A stretch of DNA of 34,245 nucleotides from Bacteroidia bacterium (GTDB taxonomy: Bacteria > Bacteroidota > Bacteroidia > Palsa-965), in assembly GCA_035760825.1 (NCBI GenBank), contig DASTSF010000199.1, forward strand, positions 1 to 34,245, written 5' to 3'. Under the pieces are notes generated by a model that was not told the origin of the DNA, made no database searches, and saw nothing but the letters and a program-made list of their open reading frames with translations. Positions 25,654 through 34,245 of this stretch are shown one piece after another. Both the position numbers and the translations under genes were made by a program. Positions within the stretch are counted from its first letter, which is position 1. Every line of letters starts with the position of its first letter.

Positions 25654-26439
25654 TCAGTTGAAATCGAATGTGCCGGTGCTGTCGCGGGAAATTTCCCTTG
25701 AAAAAATCATGCCTGCCGGATCGATCCGGCCTGTGCTCACGGTTTTCACCACGCCGTAAACGGGTTTGTCTTCCCCCTCATCGCCCATCGTGTCGGTGCT
25801 GCACGAGCGGAACGTTCCGTCGGTGTATACATTGGTTCGCTGCTGCGAATGAAAAAACACAGGCGCATCGGCGCCGGAAATATCCTGCGCGATCATGTAC
25901 GAACGGATGGCCTTTCCGTCTTTCCCGTACGTAGTGATCATGAAATAATCGCCGCTGCTGAACGGGCAGGCTTCATAGGAAACGAAATGCATGCGCCAGG
26001 CAACCGCGCAGAAAGGACCAGCGTTTTTGAGCGTGTCGAGCACGTCGATGTCCACCTGCATGATGTCGCCCACATCGCCTTCGTATTCTTTTCCCGTTTT
26101 GCGGATCGAGTCGAGCTCGAAATAACGCGCGAACGTAAACAGCGCGGAGGGATCGGCTGTTTTGTCGAGCGGCCAGAATCTTTTCCTCACTTCGCCCGCT
26201 TTCAGCAGAACCGGTTTCCGCCCGGATAATTTTTCATCGAACCGGAAAAGCACGAGCGAGGGATCACGCGGCTCGAGCGTATCGCCGTACAGCGATTCTG
26301 CAACGGGCTGCCTGTTTTCCGTTTTTGCGACGGAATCTTTTTTTGCTTCACCGGAAACGGTTTCCTTTTTTACATCGTTTCCGCACGAAAAAAGAAACGC
26401 GCCAAAACATGCGCAGGTCAGCCACTGAAGTTTTTTCAT
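25654..26439 (-). CDS. Hypothetical lipoprotein
   Basis: I prefer ATG 26439, giving MKKLQWLTCACFGAFLFSCGND (lipobox LFSC). No family recognised. Confidence 0.6.
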   Translation of the reverse strand: MKKLQWLTCACFGAFLFSCGNDVKKETVSGEAKKDSVAKTENRQPVAESLYGDTLEPRDPSLVLFRFDEKLSGRKPVLLKAGEVRKRFWPLDKTADPSALFTFARYFELDSIRKTGKEYEGDVGDIMQVDIDVLDTLKNAGPFCAVAWRMHFVSYEACPFSSGDYFMITTYGKDGKAIRSYMIAQDISGADAPVFFHSQQRTNVYTDGTFRSCSTDTMGDEGEDKPVYGVVKTVSTGRIDPAGMIFSREISRDSTGTFDFN

Positions 26440-26506
26440 ATACGCAAATGTGCAAACATTCTGCCGCAGAACACGGCACGAAAAAAACCGTGAGCTCACA
26501 CGGAAA

Positions 26507-27229
26507 TTATTTTTTGTACCGTATCCTGTTCGGGTTCATGGCCAGGTAACGCCGCATGGCGCCGAAATCGCCGAAGGTCAGCTGCAGCTCGCTGCCGTTC
26601 ACATCGAGGGAAACCGCATCCTGGTGATCGGCGCAGTACGGGATGTTGCTTACCGATCCGGAAGCGACGGAAAGATGACCGGCAAGCAGCCTGCCCACGC
26701 TGACGCTCGTTTTTTTCGCCTGCGCATATTTCACCACCGGTGATCCGCAGACGATGCATTCATCCGGCCACAAGCTGGTCACGAAAACCGGGCAGGTGAA
26801 TTTGCTTTTCGCCTGTGTGTCGTTTTCCGTGAAGGCGCGCAGCACGCCTTTGTCGCTGATGAGCCATTCGCAGCAGCGCGGACAGGCTACCTGCAGATCC
26901 GGGTCCTTCATGCTGATCGTGACGTCCGTCGTGCTGCCCACATCGAACGCACAATACGGGCATTTCGCATGGCGCGACCGCAATGCCGCGATCGTGGTCA
27001 GCACCAGCATCAACGCACCGATACCGATGCCCGTGTACATTCCCGGCGCGCCCGCGATGCCGGAACCAATCGCCGAAGCAATTCCGCCGACGATCGCCGA
27101 AGCCACCCAGAAGGCGAATATTTTTTTCGATTTCGTTGCGAACGTAGCCGGAACAAGCGGTGATACAACCGGCGAAAAAGCCGGCCTGACACGACCGTGA
27201 TACGCCGACACTGCTGACTGTTCCTCCAC
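26507..27229 (-). CDS. Hypothetical membrane protein: glycine-zipper TM region + Cys-rich (zinc-ribbon-like) C-terminal domain
   Basis: 240 aa, GTG start. Gly-rich TM segment IVGGIASAIGSGIAGAPGMYTGIGIGALMLVLTTIAAL. Cys pairs CPYC…CPRC and CPVF…CIVC…YCADH. No family recognised. Confidence 0.55.
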   Translation of the reverse strand: MEEQSAVSAYHGRVRPAFSPVVSPLVPATFATKSKKIFAFWVASAIVGGIASAIGSGIAGAPGMYTGIGIGALMLVLTTIAALRSRHAKCPYCAFDVGSTTDVTISMKDPDLQVACPRCCEWLISDKGVLRAFTENDTQAKSKFTCPVFVTSLWPDECIVCGSPVVKYAQAKKTSVSVGRLLAGHLSVASGSVSNIPYCADHQDAVSLDVNGSELQLTFGDFGAMRRYLAMNPNRIRYKK

Positions 27230-27349
27230 CGGTTTATGCTTAGGGGTAATAAAATCTAAGGTGAACTGTGAAAATAAAAAAATTGCGCCACGGGGAAAAT
27301 GGAAAACTTCCCGGGCTAAAAATTACCTTCACCGGTAAATCATGTTCCC

Positions 27350-28012
27350 ATGAATTTTCCTTTCATCCCCTATACGCACGAACGTTTTCCGGATGAAGAA
27401 ATGATCGCGAGAAGCCAGTCTTTTTCCGAATGGATGGATAAACGACGAACGGTGCGCGATTTTTCTTCCGAACCATTTCCTTTTGAAGTGCTGGAAAATA
27501 TTGTCCGCACCGCTTCCACAGCGCCCTCGGGTGCACACAAGCAGCCGTGGACATTCTGCATAGTGACCAATTCAGAACTGAAGAAAAAGATCCGTGAAGC
27601 CGCCGAGAAGGAAGAATACGAAAGCTACAACGGCCGCATGACGCCCGAATGGCTTGAAGATCTGGCCCCGCTCGGTACCGACTGGCGCAAGCCCTTTCTC
27701 GAAACAGCCCCGGCGCTCATCGTGGTTTTCCGCCGGCCGTATGAAATTGTCAATGGCGTGAAAAAGAATAATTATTACGTGAACGAGTCCGTCGGGCTTG
27801 CCTGCGGATTCCTGCTGGCGGCCATCCACCATGCCGGACTTGTTGCGCTCACGCATACGCCCAGCCCGATGAACTTCCTGGCGCAATTGCTTGAGCGGCC
27901 GGAAAACGAGAAACCGTTCCTGCTTATCCCGGTCGGACACCCCGCGGGAAACTGCACGGTCCCGGATATTCGCCGCAAACCGCTTGAAAATGTGTTAGTT
28001 GCCTATAAATGA
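27350..28012 (+). CDS. Nitroreductase-superfamily flavoprotein, iodotyrosine-deiodinase-like subgroup
   Basis: 220 aa. FSEWMDKRRTVRDFSSEPFPFEVLENIVRTASTAPSGAHKQPWTFCIV and the C-terminal HTPSPMNF…RKPLENV resemble bacterial IYD homologues as I recall them. Subgroup call not verified. Confidence 0.7.
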   Translation: MNFPFIPYTHERFPDEEMIARSQSFSEWMDKRRTVRDFSSEPFPFEVLENIVRTASTAPSGAHKQPWTFCIVTNSELKKKIREAAEKEEYESYNGRMTPEWLEDLAPLGTDWRKPFLETAPALIVVFRRPYEIVNGVKKNNYYVNESVGLACGFLLAAIHHAGLVALTHTPSPMNFLAQLLERPENEKPFLLIPVGHPAGNCTVPDIRRKPLENVLVAYK

Positions 28013-28029
28013 GCCTTTTAGATTAATGT

Positions 28030-28059
28030 TTTTGTTATTTACCCCATCCCTCTATCTTT
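28030..28059 (+). promoter_or_regulatory. Bacteroidota sigma-A type promoter upstream of acpP
   Basis: A -33-like TTTG at 28030-28033 and a perfect -7 box tatctttg (TAnnTTTG) at 28052-28059, separated by an 18-nt spacer. The acpP ATG lies 35 nt downstream. Confidence 0.5.
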
Positions 28060-28093
28060 GCAACCGTCTTTTAACCAAAAAACTGCTTTAAAA

Positions 28094-28330
28094 ATGTCTG
28101 ACATCTCAGCAAAAGTGAAAGCTATCATCGTTGACAAGCTCGGCGTTGACGAGAAGGAAGTAACGGAAACAGCGAGCTTTACCAATGATCTTGGCGCCGA
28201 CTCACTCGACACCGTTGAGCTCATCATGGAATTTGAAAAAGAGTTCAACATCGCTATTCCCGATGACCAGGCCGAAAAAATCAACACCGTCGGCGAAGCC
28301 ATCAAGTACATCCAGGAACACGCGAAGTAA
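28094..28330 (+). CDS. acpP: Acyl carrier protein
   Basis: [51 protein letters not shown] with the DSL phosphopantetheine-attachment serine. The track ORF starts 36 nt too early (28058). Confidence 0.95.
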   Translation: MSDISAKVKAIIVDKLGVDEKEVTETASFTNDLGADSLDTVELIMEFEKEFNIAIPDDQAEKINTVGEAIKYIQEHAK

Positions 28331-28358
28331 TTCCATTCTTTTCTAAAAATTTCGGGGC

Positions 28359-29612
28359 ATGCAACTGAAGCGGGTTGTTGTCACAGGACTTGGAGCAATT
28401 ACGCCCCTTGGAAATTCTGTGCAGGATTATTGGAGTAACCTCGTCGCTGGCAAAAGCGGCGCGGCTACCATTACCCGTTTCGATGCGTCCAAATTCAAAA
28501 CGCAGTTCGCATGCGAGGTCAAAGGCTTCAAAACGGAAGACTACTTCGACCGCAAAGAAGCCCGGAAGCTCGATCCTTTTTCACATTACGGCATTGCGGC
28601 CGCCGACCAGGCTGTCCGCGATGCCGGTGTGAATGCCGATTCCATTGACAAAACCCGCGTGGGCGTCATCTGGGGATCCGGCATTGGCGGACTTCAGACA
28701 TTCCAGGACGAATGCTTCGGGTTTGCCAAAGGCGACGGAACGCCGCGGTTCAACCCGTTCTTCATCCCGAAAATGATCGCCGATATCTGCTCGGGCCATA
28801 TCTCGATGCGTTTCGGCTTTCACGGTCCCAATTTCACCACCGTTTCTGCCTGCGCCTCTTCCACCAATGCACTCATCGATTCATTCAATTACATCCGCCT
28901 CGGCAAAGCGAATGTGATCGTCACCGGCGGATCCGAAGCTGCGATCTGCGAAGCGGGAATCGGCGGATTCAATGCTGCGCAGGCCATGAGCACGCGCAAC
29001 GATTCTCCGGAAACCGCTTCACGTCCGTACGACAAAGACCGCGACGGGTTCGTCCTCGGCGAAGGCGGCGCTGCGCTCGTCTTCGAAGAGCTGGAGCACG
29101 CGCTGAACCGCGGGGCGAAAATTTACTGCGAGGTGGCTGGCGGCGGGCTCAGCGCAGACGCCTACCACATCACGGCGCCGCATCCGGAAGGGCTCGGCGC
29201 TGCACTCGTTATGCGCAATGCGCTCGAAGATGCAGGAATCACGGCCGCAGATATCGATTACATCAATACGCACGGAACGTCAACGCCGCTCGGTGATGTC
29301 GCCGAACTGAAAGCGATCCAGAAAATTTTCGGCGAGCACGCTTATAAGCTCAACATCAGCGCCACAAAATCCATGACCGGCCACCTTCTCGGCGCGGCCG
29401 GTGCCGTGGAGGCCATGGCGACGATCCTTTCCGTCGTCAATAACACCATTCCTCCCACGATCAATCACTTCACTGACGATCCCGAGATCGATCCGAAGCT
29501 CAATCTTACGTTCGGCAAAGCGCAGCAGCGCGAAGTGCGTGCGGCGATCAGCAACACATTCGGTTTCGGCGGACACAACGCCGCGGTTGTCGTACGCAAA
29601 TTTTCCGCCTAA
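28359..29612 (+). CDS. fabF: Beta-ketoacyl-ACP synthase II
   Basis: 417 aa. Active-site Cys in TVSACASSTNAL, His motifs NTHGTSTPLGD and KSMTGHLLGAAG, C-terminal NTFGFGGHNA. Confidence 0.95.
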   Translation: MQLKRVVVTGLGAITPLGNSVQDYWSNLVAGKSGAATITRFDASKFKTQFACEVKGFKTEDYFDRKEARKLDPFSHYGIAAADQAVRDAGVNADSIDKTRVGVIWGSGIGGLQTFQDECFGFAKGDGTPRFNPFFIPKMIADICSGHISMRFGFHGPNFTTVSACASSTNALIDSFNYIRLGKANVIVTGGSEAAICEAGIGGFNAAQAMSTRNDSPETASRPYDKDRDGFVLGEGGAALVFEELEHALNRGAKIYCEVAGGGLSADAYHITAPHPEGLGAALVMRNALEDAGITAADIDYINTHGTSTPLGDVAELKAIQKIFGEHAYKLNISATKSMTGHLLGAAGAVEAMATILSVVNNTIPPTINHFTDDPEIDPKLNLTFGKAQQREVRAAISNTFGFGGHNAAVVVRKFSA

Positions 29613-29620
29613 CTTTAGCC

Positions 29621-30349
29621 GTGTTTTCAGCGTTCAGAGCCCTTTTTTCTTCCGGGCCGGATAAGGCTTTCCGGAAAACGCTCCGAAATCTTCTCGGCTT
29701 CTGGCCGGATAATATCCGCCTGTACCGGAAAGCTTTCACGCACAGCTCTGCGGCCAATCTTGCGAAAGACAGAGAGCAGCCGCGCGAAAGCTATGAACGG
29801 CTCGAATTTCTCGGCGACGCCATTCTCAGCGCCGTGATCGCCGATTACCTCTTCAAGAAATTTCCCTACCGCGACGAAGGCTTCCTTACCAAGCTCCGCT
29901 CGCGCATCGTCAGCCGGCAGACGCTCGGAAAGCTCGCGGTGAAATTCGGCATCGACAAATTCGTGCAGGCGGAATCCGGTCTTGCGGGAAGAAGCAATTC
30001 CATCAACGGCGATGTCTTTGAAGCGCTGATCGGCGCCATTTACCTCGACAAGGGCTATGATTTCACCTCGGATTATATCAATGAACGAATCCTTGGTTTT
30101 CATCTTGACATAGACGAAATAGAGGCGACCGACACCGATTTCAAAAGCAAGCTCATCGAATGGGCGCAGAAGAACAGGAAGGACCTTCGCTTCAATCTTG
30201 CAGGGGAAGTCGGTACGGGGCAGCACAAGCAATTCATAATCGAGGTTACGATCGACGGCGTAGTGCATGGCCGCAGCCAGCATCTTTCGAAAAAACGTGC
30301 GGAGCAGGAAGCAGCAGGATTGTGTCTCGCGGAACTCAAGCTGTCCTGA
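29621..30349 (+). CDS. rnc: Ribonuclease III
   Basis: 242 aa, GTG start 8 nt after fabF. RNase III signature ERLEFLGDAIL. The C-terminal dsRBD ends in KKRAEQEAAGLCLAEL. Confidence 0.9.
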   Translation: MFSAFRALFSSGPDKAFRKTLRNLLGFWPDNIRLYRKAFTHSSAANLAKDREQPRESYERLEFLGDAILSAVIADYLFKKFPYRDEGFLTKLRSRIVSRQTLGKLAVKFGIDKFVQAESGLAGRSNSINGDVFEALIGAIYLDKGYDFTSDYINERILGFHLDIDEIEATDTDFKSKLIEWAQKNRKDLRFNLAGEVGTGQHKQFIIEVTIDGVVHGRSQHLSKKRAEQEAAGLCLAELKLS

Positions 30350-30418
30350 CAAAACCGGCGGCTGAACAGTCTTTTTTCAGTCGAAAACAAGTTCCCGCTC
30401 TTTCAGCAACCGTTCCGG

Positions 30419-30445
30419 CGTGATTTTTTTATCACGTCCCTTTTT
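30419..30445 (+). terminator. Weak terminator-like hairpin downstream of rnc
   Basis: cgtgat-tttttt-atcacg (6-bp stem) followed by tcccttttt. Confidence 0.3.
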
Positions 30446-30656
30446 CGTTTTGTTACTATTCATAAAGGATGCCTTTTCCGTAATTAAACAGTGGAGGGAA
30501 AGTCATTTTTTCAGGCAGGCGGCATTGTTTTCTGCTTTCTTTTCGACGAATGGTTCCGCACCACAATATGTGGGACGTGTCTGCGTTTTGAGGCGACGAA
30601 CATGAGTTTTTTACGCTTATTTGATATTTCACCTATGGCATTCTGCCATTTTGGAA

Positions 30657-30682
30657 GCAACCTCCGCAACCTTTTCACGTCT
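30657..30682 (+). promoter_or_regulatory. Candidate ECF-type promoter upstream of the ECF sigma gene
   Basis: GCAAC-N16-CGTCT resembles the generic ECF pattern (G)GAAC-N16/17-CGTC. It lies 36 nt upstream of the sigma factor ATG. A 6-bp palindrome atggca-ttc-tgccat sits at 30635-30649. Confidence 0.3.
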
Positions 30683-30717
30683 TCTAACCGTAAAAGTAGC
30701 GGACACCTTGCCGCGAT

Positions 30718-31299
30718 ATGAACGATCATGAACTTATAGCCGGTTGCATAAGGCAGGATCGCGCCTGCCAGGAAGCGCTTTACAAGCGGTTTTACGGTAA
30801 AATGATGGGGGTTTGCCTCCGTTATGCCAAAAGCCGGGACGAAGCGCGGGACATGCTGCAGGAAGGTCTCATCAAGGTGTTCACATCGATCCGGAACTTC
30901 CAGGGAAAGGGTTCTTTCGAAGGATGGATAAGACGGATAGTCGTGAACACGGCGGTGGATCATCTCAGGCGCAACAAGCATGAATACATGATCGTCTCAA
31001 CGATCTACGCGCGGGAAGGTGATATCCCTGATCAAGTGGAAGAAATGGAAGAGGACAATCTCATCGCCAACCTTTCGGAAGAAGAAATTCTTGCTTCCGT
31101 GCAGCAGCTGAGCCCGGCCTACCGGACGGTGTTCAACCTGTACGTGATGGAAAATTTCTCGCACCGCGAGATTGCCGACCAGCTCGGCATCAGCGAGGGA
31201 ACATCCAAATCCAATCTTTCCAAGGCCCGCTACCAGCTCAAGAAAAATTTAACCAACCTGATCAAAAACACCGATGGAGAACGGACCTTTACAAGATGA
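30718..31299 (+). CDS. RNA polymerase sigma-70 factor, ECF subfamily
   Basis: 193 aa. Region 2 is AKSRDEARDMLQEGLIKVF…FEGWIRRIVVNTAVDHLR. Region 4 is FNLYVMENFSHREIADQLGISEGTSKSNLSKARYQLKK. Confidence 0.9.
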   Translation: MNDHELIAGCIRQDRACQEALYKRFYGKMMGVCLRYAKSRDEARDMLQEGLIKVFTSIRNFQGKGSFEGWIRRIVVNTAVDHLRRNKHEYMIVSTIYAREGDIPDQVEEMEEDNLIANLSEEEILASVQQLSPAYRTVFNLYVMENFSHREIADQLGISEGTSKSNLSKARYQLKKNLTNLIKNTDGERTFTR

Positions 31300-32020
31300 C
31301 AAGCTCTTCCGGGCTGTGCACGATCGGCTGAGCGACTACGAGGCTCCGTACAACGGAGCTGACTGGGACGCTATGGACCGCTCGCTCGACGCACTTCCCA
31401 AAACCAACCGCTTTCAGTGGAAATTTTCGCTGAATACGCTGCTGATCGCTGTCGGCGTGGCCTCGCTTATCTCGCTGGGGGTTTTCCTCGCTTCGGGACA
31501 CAGTGCGGCGCCTGGCAAGCCGCAGGCGGTTGCACAACCGGCAACAGACAATAATCTTCCTTCGAAGAATACGTCCGTTGTAACGAACGCTCCGCCGTCA
31601 CAGGTGCAAACCGTGAACATGGCGGACGTGCAGGAGGTTTCTTCTCCCGGTCTCGTCACCGGGAACAGCAGCAATCCTTCCCCCGGCAACACGGATGTAG
31701 TTCAAAACACATCGTCTGCCAGGAAAACGAAAACCAAAAAAGATTCCGGCCTGCTTTTCGGCGACCAGATCGATCCGGCCAAGGGGTTCATTCACCGGAC
31801 GCAGGAAGACCAGAAGCTGATCGACCAGTATGCCAACCGCGGTACGCCGTCTGTTTATTTTGATAAAGAGAACGGGCAGCTGAAAGAGATCATCATCAAC
31901 CGCGACAGCGCACACGTCACCGGCATCAAAAAAGATTATGCGCCTGCCGACACAACGGCAAAGAATACGCCCCGCGGAGCTCCTGTTGAAACGGAACAGC
32001 ACGGGTTTGATTTTAACTGA
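31274..32020 (+). CDS. Putative anti-sigma-like membrane protein (single TM, low-complexity exterior)
   Basis: 248 aa, overlapping the sigma gene by 26 nt. The N-terminus FRAVHDRLSDYEAPYNGADWDAM is the kind of short cytoplasmic segment found downstream of Bacteroidota ECF sigmas. One TM helix (LLIAVGVASLISLGVFLA). Function is inferred from position only. Confidence 0.55.
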   Translation: MENGPLQDDKLFRAVHDRLSDYEAPYNGADWDAMDRSLDALPKTNRFQWKFSLNTLLIAVGVASLISLGVFLASGHSAAPGKPQAVAQPATDNNLPSKNTSVVTNAPPSQVQTVNMADVQEVSSPGLVTGNSSNPSPGNTDVVQNTSSARKTKTKKDSGLLFGDQIDPAKGFIHRTQEDQKLIDQYANRGTPSVYFDKENGQLKEIIINRDSAHVTGIKKDYAPADTTAKNTPRGAPVETEQHGFDFN

Positions 32021-32045
32021 GTATTCGTCTCCCGAATACGACAAC

Positions 32046-32066
32046 AGGCCTCCGGGCCTTTTTTTA
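32046..32066 (+). terminator. Rho-independent terminator
   Basis: aggcc-tccg-ggcct followed by ttttttt. It is preceded by a second perfect hairpin gtattcg-tctcc-cgaatac (32021-32039). Confidence 0.6.
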
Positions 32067-32144
32067 TTCCTGTTTTTTTCGTTCCGAAAGCAACCTTTTT
32101 ATTTCCGCCCGTCTTTTTTATGGCAACACCAAAAACTTACGGGC

Positions 32145-33113
32145 ATGAAAACACTGGTACGAATTTTTTCCGTCGCGGTCCTGCTTGCTTCTGCCGCTGA
32201 TGCGCTGCACGCACAGGATCCTGAATTCACACAGTTTTACGCGAACCCGCTTTACCTGAACCCCGCTCTCGCCGGTTCGAAAATCTGTCCCCGCTTCAAC
32301 CTTTCCTACCGTGCGCAATGGCCCGGCATTTACGGAACCTATTCCACCATCGGCGCTTCATTCGATAAATACGCCTACAAAGTAAAAGGCGGCATAGGCG
32401 TGACAGTGGTGGAAGACCGCGCAGCGAAAGGAACGCTCAACACAACCGGTGTCGGTCTTATTTACGCCCCGGTCGTTCCGCTGGGAAAAGACATTTCCGT
32501 TTCCGCAGCGATACAGGCCGGCTACTGGCAGAAAACTGTGGACTGGTCGAAGCTCACTTTCGGCGACCAGATCGATCCGCATTCCGGGTTTAATCTTTTG
32601 ACACAGGAACCCTCGCCGCAAACACAGCGCGAAGGTGATTTCGATCTCGGTGCCGGGCTGCTTTTTTCTTCGCGGAATTTTTACGCCGGCGGCGCCGTTC
32701 ATCATATCCTCGAGCAGAATGAATCGTTCCTCGGCGGATCGAGTCCGCTGCCGCGGAAATACACGCTGCATGCCGGGGGAATGATCCCGCTCACGCACGA
32801 CCGTTACGAAGGCGACTCCTACATTTCCCCGAACATTCTTTACCAGAAGCAGGGCGATTTCCAGCAGCTGAACATCGGCCTGTACGCCAAGAAAGATGCG
32901 ATCGTCGGCGGGCTCTGGTACCGCGGAAACGATTCCTTCATCATGCTGATCGGGATAGAAGCGGGACAGCTTCACCTCGGCTACAGCTACGACGTAACTG
33001 TTTCCAAACTTTCCAATGCTTCAGCCGGTTCGCACGAAGTGACGATGGGTTACCAGATGTCGTGCAAGCCGCCGAAGAAAAAATACAGGCCCGTGAATTG
33101 TCCCGGCTGGTAG
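32145..33113 (+). CDS. PorP/SprF-family type IX secretion system membrane protein
   Basis: I prefer ATG 32145 (MKTLVRIFSVAVLLASAADALHAQ); the track ORF starts 207 nt upstream. QDPEFTQFYANPLYLNPALAG is the hallmark N-terminus of PorP/SprF proteins. Size is ~320 aa. Confidence 0.85.
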   Translation: MKTLVRIFSVAVLLASAADALHAQDPEFTQFYANPLYLNPALAGSKICPRFNLSYRAQWPGIYGTYSTIGASFDKYAYKVKGGIGVTVVEDRAAKGTLNTTGVGLIYAPVVPLGKDISVSAAIQAGYWQKTVDWSKLTFGDQIDPHSGFNLLTQEPSPQTQREGDFDLGAGLLFSSRNFYAGGAVHHILEQNESFLGGSSPLPRKYTLHAGGMIPLTHDRYEGDSYISPNILYQKQGDFQQLNIGLYAKKDAIVGGLWYRGNDSFIMLIGIEAGQLHLGYSYDVTVSKLSNASAGSHEVTMGYQMSCKPPKKKYRPVNCPGW

Positions 33114-33313
33114 GCAGCCATTCCCAGAAACCGGTTTCCGGGGTTGTGAAAAATCAGTTTGCTTCCCTGCCAGGACCGGCTCCGGAACCTGGTTTCCGGG
33201 AACGATTTTTATCAGGTCAGGTGTGCGTGCGCCGCGGTTGGCCTCCCAGGCAGAAATACCGCGGCGCCTTTTTTGCTTTCTTCCCGGTTCTTAATGAAAT
33301 CGTAGATTCGCGC

Positions 33314-34245
33314 ATGCGCATTTTCACACGCGAACGTCTTATCGCACTCGGGCTTTTCTTCGTTTTCCTGTTCGGGATGACGCAGTTTTCCCGGAAAATG
33401 CATTACGCCGTCGGGATGGGAACCTGCATCTGGTCGGACGGCATCGGCTACTACGAATACCTTCCTGCGCTGTTCATCCGCCACGACGTGAACCACATCG
33501 GCTGGGGAATGCCCCTGCCGAACGGGAACCGTTTCGACAAATACGCCACCGGCGTCGCCATTCTTGAAACGCCGTTCTTCCTCGCCGCAGACGCCGCAAC
33601 CGTGCTCAACCACCGTGAACGCACCGGATTCTCTTCCTATTACGGTTACGGCGTCCTGTTCGCTGACCTGTTCTACACGTTCGCCGGTTTTATTTTCCTT
33701 TTTTACACGCTGCGGAAATGGTTCAGCCTGCGGACAGTTTTCTTCTCGATCATTCTCATTGCGCTGGGGACGAATCTTTTTTACTACGGTTTCGCGGAGC
33801 CCAGCATGTCGCACGCGTACTCCTTTTTCGCTTTCGCGGGATTTCTTTTTTACTGCCGCAAATTCCATGAAGAAGGACGAAGATCGCGGCACCTCCACGC
33901 GGTCGGTTTTTTCCTCGGGCTTGCCACCGCCATTCGCCCGACGAGCATTGTCATCGGCATCTTCTTCCTTTTGTATGGCGTTTATTCGGGGAAGGATTTC
34001 CGCGAACGGCTGAAAACATTTTTCTCCGACCGCCGGATCATTCCCGCATTGCTGTTCTGGGGCGTGCTGCTGTTCCTGCCGCAGATGCTGTACTGGCATT
34101 CCACCACGGGAAAATGGTTCACGTATTCGTACGGCTATTACGACGAAGGTTTTACCTACTGGAAATCGCCGCACTTTTTCGACGTGCTGTTCGGGCCGTG
34201 GTGCAGCTGGATCCCGTACACGCCGGTGATGATCTTTTTCTTTCC
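33314..34245 (+). CDS. Polytopic membrane protein, 3'-truncated by the window edge (possibly a GT-C-type glycosyltransferase)
   Basis: Absent from the track because it has no stop in the window. My translation from ATG 33314 is MRIFTRERLIALGLFFVFLFGMTQFSRKMHYAVGMGTCIWSDGIGYYEYLPALFIRHD…FADLFYTFAGFIFLFYTLRKWF…AVGFFLGLATAIRPTSIVIGIFFLLYG…, with many hydrophobic helices. The frame is open to position 34245. The glycosyltransferase idea is a guess from topology only. Confidence 0.6.
   Translation, partial: MRIFTRERLIALGLFFVFLFGMTQFSRKMHYAVGMGTCIWSDGIGYYEYLPALFIRHDVNHIGWGMPLPNGNRFDKYATGVAILETPFFLAADAATVLNHRERTGFSSYYGYGVLFADLFYTFAGFIFLFYTLRKWFSLRTVFFSIILIALGTNLFYYGFAEPSMSHAYSFFAFAGFLFYCRKFHEEGRRSRHLHAVGFFLGLATAIRPTSIVIGIFFLLYGVYSGKDFRERLKTFFSDRRIIPALLFWGVLLFLPQMLYWHSTTGKWFTYSYGYYDEGFTYWKSPHFFDVLFGPWCSWIPYTPVMIFFF

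Noticed and set aside
29627-30352. 241-aa minus-strand ORF that mirrors rnc almost end to end
   Set aside because: The plus-strand frame carries the RNase III signature (ERLEFLGDAIL) and a dsRBD. The antisense translation has no recognisable features, so it is treated as a mirror ORF.
33212-34174. 320-aa minus-strand ORF at the right end of the window
   Set aside because: The opposite strand encodes an uninterrupted, strongly hydrophobic multi-helix protein from ATG 33314 to the window edge. The minus-strand product is Arg/Glu-rich and featureless.

Overview
The window looks like a Bacteroidota-type chromosome. Several proteins end in T9SS C-terminal sorting domains, there is a PorP/SprF gene, TAnnTTTG -7 promoter boxes are present, and Shine-Dalgarno signals are weak. 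Most of it is ordinary core or sensory content: a J-domain protein, a DUF4139 protein, a family-5 ABC solute-binding lipoprotein, methylmalonyl-CoA epimerase, a HAD hydrolase, two tandem membrane-anchored CxxC redoxins, three SpoIIE/PP2C phosphatases with different sensor domains, a metallophosphoesterase, purN, acpP-fabF-rnc, an ECF sigma/anti-sigma-like pair and porP/sprF. The part that stands out lies between a tRNA(CAT) gene at 18816-18889 and purN. The 3' end of that tRNA is duplicated 130 nt downstream, which looks like an integration scar. After about 1.2 kb of gene-poor sequence that ends in an AT-rich leader comes a compact five-gene plus-strand cassette (20241-23017). It encodes three diverged paralogues of a small soluble protein family (DUF2589-like, from memory), a 72-aa zinc-ribbon protein and a leaderless papain-fold cysteine protease. 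No member has a function known to me. I flag it as the candidate undescribed system, possibly a protease-gated effector or assembly module; that reading is inference only. Two real ORFs are missing from the supplied track because they run off the window edges (1-885 minus, 33314-34245 plus). Several long ORFs in the track are antisense shadows of real genes.
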